Shown: piece by piece, positions 10,342-21,348 of the stretch
How positions within the stretch are numbered: position 1 is the stretch's first letter
How the letters are laid out: each line of letters begins with the position of its first letter
DNA from: Parvibaculaceae bacterium
Lineage (GTDB): Bacteria; Pseudomonadota; Alphaproteobacteria; JAPOUT01
Assembly: GCA_963457525.1 (NCBI GenBank)
Contig: OY734805.1
Span: forward strand, 211,445-275,444
DNA length: 64,000 bases
Direction: 5' to 3'
The notes under the pieces: model-generated
What the model was told of the DNA's origin: nothing
What the model saw: only the letters and a program-made list of their open reading frames with translations
The model's database searches: none
Made by a program: the position numbers and the translations under genes

Positions 10342-11279
10342 GCCGCGCTCCATGCGCCCAGCGCCAAGGCAAGCGTCACGAGGGCGCCGAGGTCGCGGTT
10401 GGACCGAAACACGCGCGAGCATGCGGACGCGTCTTCGGAATCGAAACGGGCGAGCTGCCATAACAGATGCGCGATGATGAGCGGCATGCATGCATAGAAC
10501 ATCCATCCGCTTCCGGAAAGCACCGCGGCGAGCACAAGCGCGCCTGCCGCAATGAAATAACAGATGCCGACGGCTATGCGCGATGACTCTCCCCACAGCA
10601 GCGCGCTTGATCCGAGTCCGAGAATGGCGTCATCACGGGAGTCTTGGTGTGCGTAGATCGTGTCGTATCCGACCGTCCACGCAATGCAACCGATATAGAG
10701 AAGGACGGGCGCAAGCGCGAGCGCACCGGTAACAGCGCTCCATCCCACAAGCGCTCCCCATGCAAAGGTGAAGCCGAGAACAAGTTGCGGCATTTGCGTG
10801 ACGCGTTTGGCGAAAGGATAAAAGACGACGAGAGGCATGACGACAAGCGCAAGCACCACGGTGAATAAATTAAACTGCAACAACACAACAAATGCGACGG
10901 CGAGCTGTGCGAAAAGGAACGCAAAGGCTTGCGTGAGAGAAATGCTCCCGGTTGCGAGCGGACGGGATTTGGAACGATGAACTTGTTTGTCGATGTTGCG
11001 GTCAAGGATGTCGTTCCAGGAGCATCCGGCCCCACGCATGAGGACCGCACCGAGTCCGAGCAGGACGAATATGCCGACATGCCGCATCGAGAGTTGCGAT
11101 GCGCCTACGGACGTTATCGCAAGGACGAACGCCCATGCGCACGGAAAGAAAAGCAGCCATGTCCCGATGGGCTTGTCGTGCCGCGCGAGCTCGAGGAAGG
11201 GCCTGGCCCGGGCGGGTGCGATTCGCATAGCGATATTGTCGCGCGCGGCGTTCGGAGGTTCTGCATGCTGGTTCTGCAT
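10338..11279 (-). CDS. ubiA: 4-hydroxybenzoate polyprenyltransferase
   Basis: RHDKPIGTWLL, NDILDRNID...RPL, YPFAKR, YDTIYAHQD motifs. Confidence 0.95.
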   Translation of the reverse strand: MQNQHAEPPNAARDNIAMRIAPARARPFLELARHDKPIGTWLLFFPCAWAFVLAITSVGASQLSMRHVGIFVLLGLGAVLMRGAGCSWNDILDRNIDKQVHRSKSRPLATGSISLTQAFAFLFAQLAVAFVVLLQFNLFTVVLALVVMPLVVFYPFAKRVTQMPQLVLGFTFAWGALVGWSAVTGALALAPVLLYIGCIAWTVGYDTIYAHQDSRDDAILGLGSSALLWGESSRIAVGICYFIAAGALVLAAVLSGSGWMFYACMPLIIAHLLWQLARFDSEDASACSRVFRSNRDLGALVTLALALGAWSAA

Positions 11280-11348
11280 ATCGTTTTATAGCATGAAAGT
11301 CGGAGGTTATGCCAGAATAAGCAAGATTTATAGAGAAGGAATACGGCA

Positions 11349-11429
11349 ATGAAGAAATTGCTGTTTGCAGTTTCATTGCTTGTAAGGTTGCTTTCCCTTA
11401 ATGCCTGCGTCCGGAACAATTCCTGCTGA
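11349..11429 (+). pseudogene. 26-codon ORF with a lipoprotein-type signal peptide only; probable truncated lipoprotein gene
   Basis: AGAAGGA SD, then MKKLLFAVSLLVRLLSLNACVRNNSC*; lipobox-like LNAC. Confidence 0.35.
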
Positions 11430-11431
11430 AT

Positions 11432-11557
11432 TCAATCTTCCGGCAAACGGTGATCCTTGAAAATGCAGAAAACGTTATCACCCGAGGCATGGATATTAAT
11501 GTTCTCGTGAACATCGTCTTTGTGCTTTTTCCGGAAAGGGATTGTTTTGCATTCCAT
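11432..11557 (-). CDS. Small hypothetical ORF (41 aa) downstream of the duplicated element's terminator
   Basis: GGGAG SD 8 nt before ATG; MECKTIPFRKKHKDDVHENINIHASGDNVFCIFKDHRLPED; no recognisable family. Confidence 0.3.
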   Translation of the reverse strand: MECKTIPFRKKHKDDVHENINIHASGDNVFCIFKDHRLPED

Positions 11558-11587
11558 TGTTGTTACTCCCTGTCCATGTGTCCGGTG

Positions 11588-11850
11588 AAAAAGCCCCGAC
11601 AAAATCCTTTGGATGATGCCGGGGCTTCTCCCCTTTGGGTTGGTTTGCACAGATTCGAGGCCGGTCTGCTGACGACCGGTGCACCAGACGCCGGATTCAA
11701 ACGGCAATCAATCTTTTTTCCGGTAAATCCGGATACTTATGCAATTGCCATCGGAAAATGGGCGGTTTTCGGAGGTCAAAAAAACGCCGGAATATGGGCG
11801 AAATTAGCGAATCACTCCCGATTTTTGCCGGAAATACGCCGATAATTCCA
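11588..11850 (-). ncRNA. Duplicated non-coding element, copy A (candidate promoter + sRNA/leader + intrinsic terminator)
   Basis: Collinear similarity to 58670-58922; minus strand reads AACCAACCCAAAGGG...GCCCCGGC-loop-GTCGGGGCTTTTT. Confidence 0.5.
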
Positions 11851-11959
11851 AGTCTTCAATGCGAACTGGAGGTGATTCGGTTGTGGTTTCGACAGCCGTT
11901 GGCGCGCGTATCTCGTCGGCTCTTTTCGGCTAGCGGGGGTGGATGAGAATCGGAAGCGC

Positions 11960-11987
11960 TTGACTATCAACTTGGGATGGGTAGAAT
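11960..11987 (+). promoter_or_regulatory. Sigma70-like promoter of the inverse autotransporter
   Basis: TTGACT-N16-TAGAAT, followed by AAGGAGG SD and ATG 12031. Confidence 0.55.
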
Positions 11988-12030
11988 CACCCCACAATCA
12001 AATTCCGGTTTCCCAAGGAGGACCTTAAAG

Positions 12031-13859
<1,829 letters not shown>

Positions 13860-13920
13860 TTATCGTGAATCTATCTTGAGGTTTTTGTATTCCAACAATT
13901 CCTGATACAACACGAAACGG

Positions 13921-13971
13921 GCGGCGAGAGGATAATAGGTAACTCCTAAGGAACGAAGGTCCTCTCGCCGT
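13921..13971 (+). terminator. Stem-loop downstream of the inverse autotransporter
   Basis: GCGGCGAGAGGA...TCCTCTCGCCGT inverted repeat; weak U-tail. Confidence 0.45.
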
Positions 13972-14277
13972 CTCCCCCCTTCTCAAATACCCCGCAATAA
14001 TCCAAATCATAGAGAAGCAGCCGAACGTGATATAATTCGAGTTGGCGGCAGGGCGGTTTTTACGTTCATTGGGTCATCCTGTCGCTTCCCAATTCATTTT
14101 CAATAGTTTGCCAAGTCCGTTAATGCCGTTTAGGGAAAATTCGGTTGTGGCTTCGGGTTGCGCAACCCCACACATCCCCAACTCAAAGAACACCAAATCT
14201 CAAAAAAAAATACACTTCGGATGGTGTAATCCCCTATCCTATTGCGAAATTCTTGCATATACCCCATCCTAAACATT

Positions 14278-15606
14278 ATGCTTCCGCTCACTGCCTCTCC
14301 CGCCAAAAAACTGCGCGCAACCCTTGCCGCGCCTTCGGATAAATCCATTTCGCACCGCGCCCTAATCCTCGCCGCGATGGCAATGGAGACCTCCCGCATT
14401 AAAAACCTTCTGCCCTCGGACGATGTCCTCGCGACCGCAACCGCATTGAAAACCCTCGGTGTCAGCATTGAGGAAGACTCGGGCGAACATGCCGTTCACG
14501 GTAACGGTGTCGGGGGACTTCGCCCTCCCGAGCATGTTTTGGATTTTCGCAATTCCGGAACAGGAGCGCGCCTGATGCTTGGAGTATTGGCAACGCATCC
14601 GTTTGTTTCGAGGTTCACCGGCGATGAGTCCCTCAACCGCCGCCCAATGGACAGGGTCATTAAGCCTTTGCAGGAATTCGGGGCGGAAGCCGATGCACGA
14701 GAAGGCAAATACTTCCCCCTGACGCTTTCAGGCGCAATCGACCCCGTCCCGATACGCCACCGCCTCGAAGTTCCCTCGGCGCAGGTAAAATCGGCCGTGT
14801 TGCTTGCAGGGCTGAACGCTCCCGGCAAAACGACTGTGATCGAGTCGGTCCCGACCCGGGACCATACCGAGCGGATGCTCAAAAGTTTCGGTGCGGAGAT
14901 TTCCGTTCGCGATGTTGATGGCACGTGCGAAATCAGCGTGAACGGCCAGGGCGAACTCGAAGCAATCGAGTTTGAAGTGCCCGGAGATCCATCGTCAACG
15001 GCGTTTCTAATCGCATCGGCGCTAATCGTTCCCAATTCGGAAATTGTCGTAGAGAACGTCTGTGTAAATACACGCAGAACCGGCCTCTTCACGACACTTA
15101 AGGAGATGGGTGCGGATCTTGAGTTTCTCAATGAGCGTGAAGCTTGCGGAGAGACAGTTGCGGATGTTCGTGCGCGTTGCGGCGATGCGGTTTCGTTGCA
15201 GGGAGTTGCCGTTCCGGCAGAACGAGCGGCTTCGATGATTGACGAGTACCCCATTCTTTCCGTGGTGTGCTCGTTTGCGAACGGGGAAAGCCGGATGGAG
15301 GGTTTGGGAGAACTGCGCGTCAAAGAAAGCGACCGCCTCGAAGCAATTATTTCAATGTTGCGCTCGAACGGCGTCCATGCGGAAGGCGGCGCAGACAGCC
15401 TTGTAATTGAAGGTTGCGACGGAAACGTTAAAGGCGGCGGGACCGTTGCGGCTTGCGGAGACCACCGAATAGCAATGTCGGCGCTGGTGATGGGATTGGG
15501 TTCGCGAACCGGTGTCGGGATTGACGACGGCGCGATGATTGCAACGAGCTTCCCCAACTTTCTCGATTGCATTGCTTCGATGGGCGGTGACATTCGCAAT
15601 GGTTAA
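14278..15606 (+). CDS. aroA: EPSP synthase
   Basis: PSDKSISHR, NSGTGARL, SAQVKSA, RDHTERML, RVKESDR, DHRIAM; likely start ATG 14278. Confidence 0.96.
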   Translation: MLPLTASPAKKLRATLAAPSDKSISHRALILAAMAMETSRIKNLLPSDDVLATATALKTLGVSIEEDSGEHAVHGNGVGGLRPPEHVLDFRNSGTGARLMLGVLATHPFVSRFTGDESLNRRPMDRVIKPLQEFGAEADAREGKYFPLTLSGAIDPVPIRHRLEVPSAQVKSAVLLAGLNAPGKTTVIESVPTRDHTERMLKSFGAEISVRDVDGTCEISVNGQGELEAIEFEVPGDPSSTAFLIASALIVPNSEIVVENVCVNTRRTGLFTTLKEMGADLEFLNEREACGETVADVRARCGDAVSLQGVAVPAERAASMIDEYPILSVVCSFANGESRMEGLGELRVKESDRLEAIISMLRSNGVHAEGGADSLVIEGCDGNVKGGGTVAACGDHRIAMSALVMGLGSRTGVGIDDGAMIATSFPNFLDCIASMGGDIRNG

Positions 15607-15610
15607 ACGC

Positions 15611-15639
15611 TTGCGAACACCCGCTCTGTCGGTTAGAAT
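15611..15639 (+). promoter_or_regulatory. Sigma70-like promoter upstream of the DUF805 gene
   Basis: TTGCGA-N17-TAGAAT, then CAGGAG SD. Confidence 0.45.
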
Positions 15640-15669
15640 TAAGAATGTTTTTCGGACAGGAGACGGGTC

Positions 15670-16053
15670 ATGAGCAAACCTGTTTTTGAAGATTTATTCA
15701 CATTCTCCGGCAGACGAAACCGGCTGAGTTATATTCTGTTCCAAATCTCAATATGGATATTGTTTCTCGTAGGAGGCATGATAGGCATTCCCATCGTCAT
15801 AGTTGCCTTCAGCGGCGGCACTGATGAAGTCGGCGCCATTGTCGTGTTGATTTTGCTGCTGGCTTTTCTGGTCATACTTATCAGCGACCTAGCTGTGACG
15901 GCGCAAAGGCTTCGAGATATAGGATGCACGGGCTGGGCTGCTTTGCTCACTCTTATCCCGTATGTAGGTTTTGTGGTTTGGATCGTGCTCATGCTCATAC
16001 CCGGCACGAGCGGCAAAAATAAATACGGACCCGACATCCTTCGAAACTCCTAA
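15670..16053 (+). CDS. DUF805 family membrane protein
   Basis: FSGRRNR..Y, QRLRDIG..GW, PG..GKNKYGPD motifs; three transmembrane segments. Confidence 0.88.
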   Translation: MSKPVFEDLFTFSGRRNRLSYILFQISIWILFLVGGMIGIPIVIVAFSGGTDEVGAIVVLILLLAFLVILISDLAVTAQRLRDIGCTGWAALLTLIPYVGFVVWIVLMLIPGTSGKNKYGPDILRNS

Positions 16054-16089
16054 TGATAATTAAGCAGGGTTTTAACGCCTCGACATAAT

Positions 16090-16806
16090 ATGAATTCCAT
16101 CGTCATCGCCATCGACGGGCCTGCGGCTTCGGGGAAGGGAACCATTGCGCAAGCAATTGCACAACACTATAACTTTGCGCATCTTGATACCGGACTCCTG
16201 TACCGGGCCATTGCAAACGTCCTCATAACAAACGGAACTCTCGATCCTACCGCCGAACAGGCCGTTGAAGCCGCAAAGCATATCCGGGATGAAATCCCCC
16301 TTGAGCAACTCGAAAGCAATACAAAGCTACGAAACGAAAAAGTCAGCACGACCGCCTCGGTCGTCGCCGCGATTCCGCAGGTGCGAGAGCAACTCGTCCT
16401 TTTGCAGCGCAACTTCGCCGAACATCCTCCCGGCAACGCCGCGGGAGTCGTCATGGAAGGGCGCGATATCGCAACCGTCATCTGCCCATGGGCGCAGGTG
16501 CAGCTGTATGTGGATGCAAGCCTCGAAGCGCGGGCCCGGCGCCGTTTTGAGGAGATGGCCGCGAGAGCCAAAACAGCCGGAACGAAGCCGATTTTCTCCA
16601 GCGAGCAGGAAATCCTCCAAATTCTCGCAGAACGCGACAAAAGGGACATTCAGCGCTCAAACGCCCCTCTCAAAAAAGCCCAAAATGCCCTCTTGCTTGA
16701 CACGACAAAATTAGATATAAAGGAGAGTATCGCTCGTAGCATTGATCTCGTCGAAGCCCGTTTGCGCTCGATGGGTGACATTGGTGCCAGCGAGCCAAGT
16801 CAATAA
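16090..16806 (+). CDS. cmk: Cytidylate kinase
   Basis: IAIDGPAASGKGT, LDTGLLYRA, MEGRDIATVICP, RD.RD..R..APL. Confidence 0.96.
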   Translation: MNSIVIAIDGPAASGKGTIAQAIAQHYNFAHLDTGLLYRAIANVLITNGTLDPTAEQAVEAAKHIRDEIPLEQLESNTKLRNEKVSTTASVVAAIPQVREQLVLLQRNFAEHPPGNAAGVVMEGRDIATVICPWAQVQLYVDASLEARARRRFEEMAARAKTAGTKPIFSSEQEILQILAERDKRDIQRSNAPLKKAQNALLLDTTKLDIKESIARSIDLVEARLRSMGDIGASEPSQ

Positions 16807-16820
16807 CAGCCCAAACCCTC

Positions 16821-18683
16821 ATGCAACAAAACCTCGAAACCAACACCACAAACCCCGCCCCCCCTCAAACCCCAAGCCGCGAAGAGTTCGCCGCTATGCT
16901 GGACGAGAGCCTCGACAAAAGCGGCATCCGTGAGCAAAGCGTCGTTCAAGGCAAAGTTGTCGCCGTGCAGAACGGATTCGTCGGAATTGACGTCGGACTT
17001 AAAACCGAAGGATGGATCCCGCTTCGCGAATTCACCGATATCGATGAAAACATGGAAGTCCATGTTGGCGACATCATTGACGTTTACCTCGAACGGATGG
17101 AAAACTCGCGCGGCGAAGCCATTCTCTCCTACGAAAAAGCCAAACGGGAGCAATCCTGGATTCGACTCGGAGAGGCCCACGACAACAACGAACCCGTTGA
17201 AGGCTCAATCACGCAACGCGTGCGCGGCGGCTTCACCGTCGACATCAGCGGCGTTGAGGCTTTCCTCCCCGGCTCGCAACTGGACATTCGTCCCATGCGT
17301 GACGCCACCACGCTCATGGATTCAAAGCAACAATTCCAGATCCTCAAGATTGACAGACGGCGCGGCAACATCGTTGTTTCAAGGCGCGCCGTCCTCGAGG
17401 CGTCGCGTTCGGAACAGCGCGACGAGCTCGTCCAAAACCTCCAGGAAGGGCAAACCGTCCAGGGACGCATCAAAAACATCACGGATTACGGCGCCTTCGT
17501 CGATCTCGGTTCGCTGGACGGATTGTTGCACGTCACGGACATGTCGTGGAAGCGAATCCAAAATCCGCGCACTGTTCTCAAAAACGACGAAATAGTCACC
17601 GTCAAAATCCTCAAAATCACTCCGGAGACGCAGCGCATCTCGCTTGGAATGAAGCAGCTCACGCCGGACCCCTGGCTTGAAATTTCGGACAAATATCCTG
17701 TTGATAAAAAAGTAATGGGACGGGTCACGAATATCACGGACTACGGCGCGTTTGTCGAACTTGAGCCCGGAATCGAAGGGCTCATCCATGTCTCGGAGAT
17801 GAGCTGGATCAAAAAAGGACTCCCGCCGGGAAAACTCCTTTCAACCAGCCAGGAAGTCGAAGTCATGGTGCTTGAGGTCAACGAAGTCAAACGGCGCATC
17901 TCGCTCGGTCTGCGTCAATGCACTCCGAACCCGTGGGAATCTTTCGCCGAAAAGCATCCGGTCGGATCCAGCATCGAAGGCGAAGTCAAGAACATCACCG
18001 AGTTTGGTTTGTTCATCAGCCTTGAAGGCGGGATTGACGGAATGGTTCACATGTCCGACCTCGACTGGAACAAGCACCCCTCCGACGCCCTCACCGACCG
18101 CAAGAAAGGCGAAACCGTCAAAGCCAAGGTGCTTGAAGTCTCCATCGAGAAAGAACGGGTTTCCCTTGGAATCAAACAACTCCAAAACGACCCCTTCGAC
18201 TCTCTCGGCGATCTTGCCAAGGGCAGCACCGTCACATGCACCGTTCAGGGAATTCAGGACGGCCGCCTGAAAGTGAGCATCGGCGAAAACGGCGTCTCCG
18301 CTTTCATCAACCGGCAAGAACTCTCCCGCGAGCGTTCCGAGCAGCGTTGCGAACGTTTTGCAATCGGCGACAAAATCGATGCGCAGGTCACGCGCTTCGA
18401 CAGGGACGCACGGCGCATTGACCTTTCCGTCAAAGCCCTCGAAATCGCCGAAGAAAAAGACGCAATGAAGCAATACGGCTCGTCCGATTCGGGCGCAACT
18501 CTGGGAGCCATTCTCGGTGCCGCGCTCGGCATGGGCAAAAAAGCCAAAAACGAACCTAAAGAGGCGGAAAAACCTGCCGACACCAAAGCAAGCGCAAAGG
18601 AGCCGGCCCCGGAATCACCGTCCGAAGAGTCCACATCCAATTCAACAGGCGAGGGAGAACAAGGAGAGCAGACAAAGGAATGA
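16821..18683 (+). CDS. rpsA: 30S ribosomal protein S1
   Basis: Repeated S1 domains (NITDYGAFVDLG, GLIHVSEMSW); follows cmk. Confidence 0.97.
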   Translation: MQQNLETNTTNPAPPQTPSREEFAAMLDESLDKSGIREQSVVQGKVVAVQNGFVGIDVGLKTEGWIPLREFTDIDENMEVHVGDIIDVYLERMENSRGEAILSYEKAKREQSWIRLGEAHDNNEPVEGSITQRVRGGFTVDISGVEAFLPGSQLDIRPMRDATTLMDSKQQFQILKIDRRRGNIVVSRRAVLEASRSEQRDELVQNLQEGQTVQGRIKNITDYGAFVDLGSLDGLLHVTDMSWKRIQNPRTVLKNDEIVTVKILKITPETQRISLGMKQLTPDPWLEISDKYPVDKKVMGRVTNITDYGAFVELEPGIEGLIHVSEMSWIKKGLPPGKLLSTSQEVEVMVLEVNEVKRRISLGLRQCTPNPWESFAEKHPVGSSIEGEVKNITEFGLFISLEGGIDGMVHMSDLDWNKHPSDALTDRKKGETVKAKVLEVSIEKERVSLGIKQLQNDPFDSLGDLAKGSTVTCTVQGIQDGRLKVSIGENGVSAFINRQELSRERSEQRCERFAIGDKIDAQVTRFDRDARRIDLSVKALEIAEEKDAMKQYGSSDSGATLGAILGAALGMGKKAKNEPKEAEKPADTKASAKEPAPESPSEESTSNSTGEGEQGEQTKE

Positions 18684-19606
18684 ACCAATCCGGGATTCCA
18701 ACCGATGCGCTCGTTGAGCGCCGCCAATTGAAACGTCGACTCATTCTCTGGCGCATAGTGGGGATTACATCCGTCTGCCTCTTTTTCCTGGCCCTGCTGT
18801 TTCCCGCAATACCGGGACCGACCATCACCGGCGAGGACCACATTGCCCGCTTCGCGATTGAAGGCATCATCGCGGATACAAAATTTCAAACCGAACGGCT
18901 GGACGAGATTGCACAAACCGACGAGGTGCGCGCACTCATCCTTCACGTCAACTCGCCCGGCGGCACTGTTGTAGGCTCCGAGGCTCTCTTCAACGCCGTG
19001 CGCCGGGTCGCCGTTAGAAAACCCGTCGCCGTTATCATGAATGATGTCGCCGCGTCCGGAGGATACATCGTTGCCGTTGCAGGCGACTATATCTTCGCAC
19101 GGCATAACACCATCACGGGTTCTATCGGCGTTATCCTCCAATGGTTCGATGTAAAAGAGATGGCGGAGAGCATCGGCATTGAACCCCATACCATTGCAAG
19201 CGGACCGTTGAAGGGACAGCCGAACCTCTTCGAAAAACCCTCTAAAGAGGCGCTTGAAGCCACTCGTGAAAGCATTGAGGAATCTTACAAATGGTTTGTC
19301 TCTCTCGTTGCCGAGCAGAGGGGCTTTGAACACGGCCAAGCCCTGGGCCTCGCCGACGGACGCATCTATACCGGAAGACAGGCGCTTGACGTTGATCTGA
19401 TTGATCAAATCGGTGAAGAACAAGACGCTCTCGTCTGGCTGGACGACACCCACAACATCCAATCCGATCTCGGAATCCTCGACTGGTCGATTTCACCTTG
19501 GGATGAAATCTGGCGAATCGAACCCGATTCCCTCGTTCTGCGCCTGCTCGGGCGTCAGGACGTTTCGCTTCGCGGGTTGATTAGCCTATGGGCACCCGGC
19601 GTATGA
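18680..19606 (+). CDS. sppA: Signal peptide peptidase SppA (S49)
   Basis: NSPGG, AASGGY, TGSIGV, DGRIYTGRQA. Confidence 0.93.
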   Translation: MNQSGIPTDALVERRQLKRRLILWRIVGITSVCLFFLALLFPAIPGPTITGEDHIARFAIEGIIADTKFQTERLDEIAQTDEVRALILHVNSPGGTVVGSEALFNAVRRVAVRKPVAVIMNDVAASGGYIVAVAGDYIFARHNTITGSIGVILQWFDVKEMAESIGIEPHTIASGPLKGQPNLFEKPSKEALEATRESIEESYKWFVSLVAEQRGFEHGQALGLADGRIYTGRQALDVDLIDQIGEEQDALVWLDDTHNIQSDLGILDWSISPWDEIWRIEPDSLVLRLLGRQDVSLRGLISLWAPGV

Positions 19607-19923
19607 CCCGCTCCGAACTTGTCGCACGCATTGCCTCGTCCAACCCGCACTTGCGGCACCGGGACGCCGAGAGACTTGTGGATGCCGTGCTGCGTGAAAT
19701 CGCCGAGGCGCTGCGACAGGGGCACCGCGTCGAGCTTCGAGGCTTTGGCGCTTTTTCCATCAAAGACAGGGCGCCCAGAGTCGCCCGGGATCCAAGACTC
19801 GGAAACACCGTGCAAGTCGCTTCCAAACGGGTTCTCCATTTCAAAAGCTCCAAACTGCTCAACAAGCGTCTCAATGAAGCACTCGGGGTTCCCCCGAAAA
19901 AAGGCGGCACCTCGGAGTCCTAA
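19603..19923 (+). CDS. ihfB: Integration host factor beta subunit
   Basis: MTRSEL, RVELRGFGAFS; position after rpsA-sppA. Confidence 0.9.
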   Translation: MTRSELVARIASSNPHLRHRDAERLVDAVLREIAEALRQGHRVELRGFGAFSIKDRAPRVARDPRLGNTVQVASKRVLHFKSSKLLNKRLNEALGVPPKKGGTSES

Positions 19924-19937
19924 ACGGACTTAAACCA

Positions 19938-20672
19938 ATGACAAAAGCCGTATCTCCGGCGGATAAGAATAATCCGCTGTTCCTCGCCCTTGATGTTTCC
20001 GACATCGACCTTGCCGTACGCACCGCAAACAAACTCAAACCCCATATCGGCGGCATCAAGATCGGCATGGAATTTTTCTACAACTTTGGCACCGACGGAT
20101 ACGAACGCATCCGTGAAACCGGACTGCCAATCTTCCTGGATTTGAAACTCTACGACATTCCCGCGACCGTAAGCGCGGCCGTGCGAACGCTCGCACGGCT
20201 CTCGCCGGCTTTGCTCACCATCCACGCAAGCGGAGGCATCGAGATGATGCGGGCGGCATCCTTGGCGGCAAAGGAGGCGGACACCCCGCCGCGAATCGTT
20301 GCCGTCGGAATGCTCACAAGCCTTGAAAACGCAGACCTTGAGCGCGAAGGCATTCCCCAAACGGCCGAAATACGAACCCGGCATCTCGCCGACAACGCCA
20401 TCGAAGCGGGCATGGACGCGTTCGTGTGCTCGCCCAAGGAAATCACCCCCCTGCGCGAGCGCCTCGGCGGGGATGTATTGCTGATAACACCGGGGATTCG
20501 CCCCGAAGGCGCCAAGGCCAACGACCAAAAACGAACCATGACCCCCGAAGAAGCGTATCGTCTCGGCGCCGACATCCTTGTCATCGGGCGCCCCATACTC
20601 CATGCTGGTAACCCCGAAGCCGCCGCGCGCGAGATTTCCGAATCCCTCCGGCCGCACCGCTCCGGCAAATGA
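19938..20672 (+). CDS. pyrF: Orotidine-5'-phosphate decarboxylase
   Basis: LALD, FLDLKLYDIPATV, TPGIRP, DQKR, VIGRPI. Confidence 0.96.
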   Translation: MTKAVSPADKNNPLFLALDVSDIDLAVRTANKLKPHIGGIKIGMEFFYNFGTDGYERIRETGLPIFLDLKLYDIPATVSAAVRTLARLSPALLTIHASGGIEMMRAASLAAKEADTPPRIVAVGMLTSLENADLEREGIPQTAEIRTRHLADNAIEAGMDAFVCSPKEITPLRERLGGDVLLITPGIRPEGAKANDQKRTMTPEEAYRLGADILVIGRPILHAGNPEAAAREISESLRPHRSGK

Positions 20673-20694
20673 AAAATTTACGATGGAGACAAGA

Positions 20695-21348
20695 ATGCCC
20701 CCGCAAGTAAAAATCTGCGGTATTTCCGATGATGTCGCCTTGAAAACCGCGCTGCGCTGCGGTGCCGACATGCTGGGGTTTTTGCATCACCCCGCAAGTT
20801 CGCGCCATATCGAACCCGGCGATGCGGCGCGACTGCGTGCAGACGTCGGCGGACGCGCGCGCGTTGTTGCCGTCGGCGTGGATATGTCCGATGCGCTTCT
20901 GGAAGAGTTACTTGAGAAACTGCGTCCGGATTTTTTCCAACTGCACGGCTCGGAAACCCCGCAGCGCGTTAAAGAAGTTCGCAAGCGGTTCGGCATCGGC
21001 GTCATCAAGGCGATACGGGTGCGCGACAACAAGGATATCGAGCAGGCGCACGCATTCGAAGATGCCGCTGACATGCTGCTCTTTGACAGCCACACGGAGA
21101 CTCTTGCCGGCGGCACCGGTGTTGCTTTTGACTGGACTCTTTTGCGCGAGATTCGAAACAAGGACAAGTGGATTCTCTCGGGCGGTCTGACCCCGGAAAA
21201 CGTTGCCGATGCCATTGAGCAGACCGGCGCACCCGCCGTTGATGTTTCTTCCGGCGTTGAAAGTTCCCCGGGAAAAAAGGATTCGGAAAAGATCGAGCGA
21301 TTTCTGCAAGCCGCGAAAGCAACGACACCAATGGCGTTACGGGCATGA
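20695..21348 (+). CDS. trpF: Phosphoribosylanthranilate isomerase
   Basis: [37 protein letters not shown]. Confidence 0.95.
   Translation: MPPQVKICGISDDVALKTALRCGADMLGFLHHPASSRHIEPGDAARLRADVGGRARVVAVGVDMSDALLEELLEKLRPDFFQLHGSETPQRVKEVRKRFGIGVIKAIRVRDNKDIEQAHAFEDAADMLLFDSHTETLAGGTGVAFDWTLLREIRNKDKWILSGGLTPENVADAIEQTGAPAVDVSSGVESSPGKKDSEKIERFLQAAKATTPMALRA

Noticed and set aside
11971..11982. CTTGGGATGGGT as a target for the AACCAACCCAAAG core
   Set aside because: It lies in the promoter spacer and is probably not transcribed; pairing is imperfect
16693..16721. TTGCTT-N17-TATAAA internal promoter for rpsA inside cmk
   Set aside because: Plausible but unsupported beyond a consensus match within coding sequence
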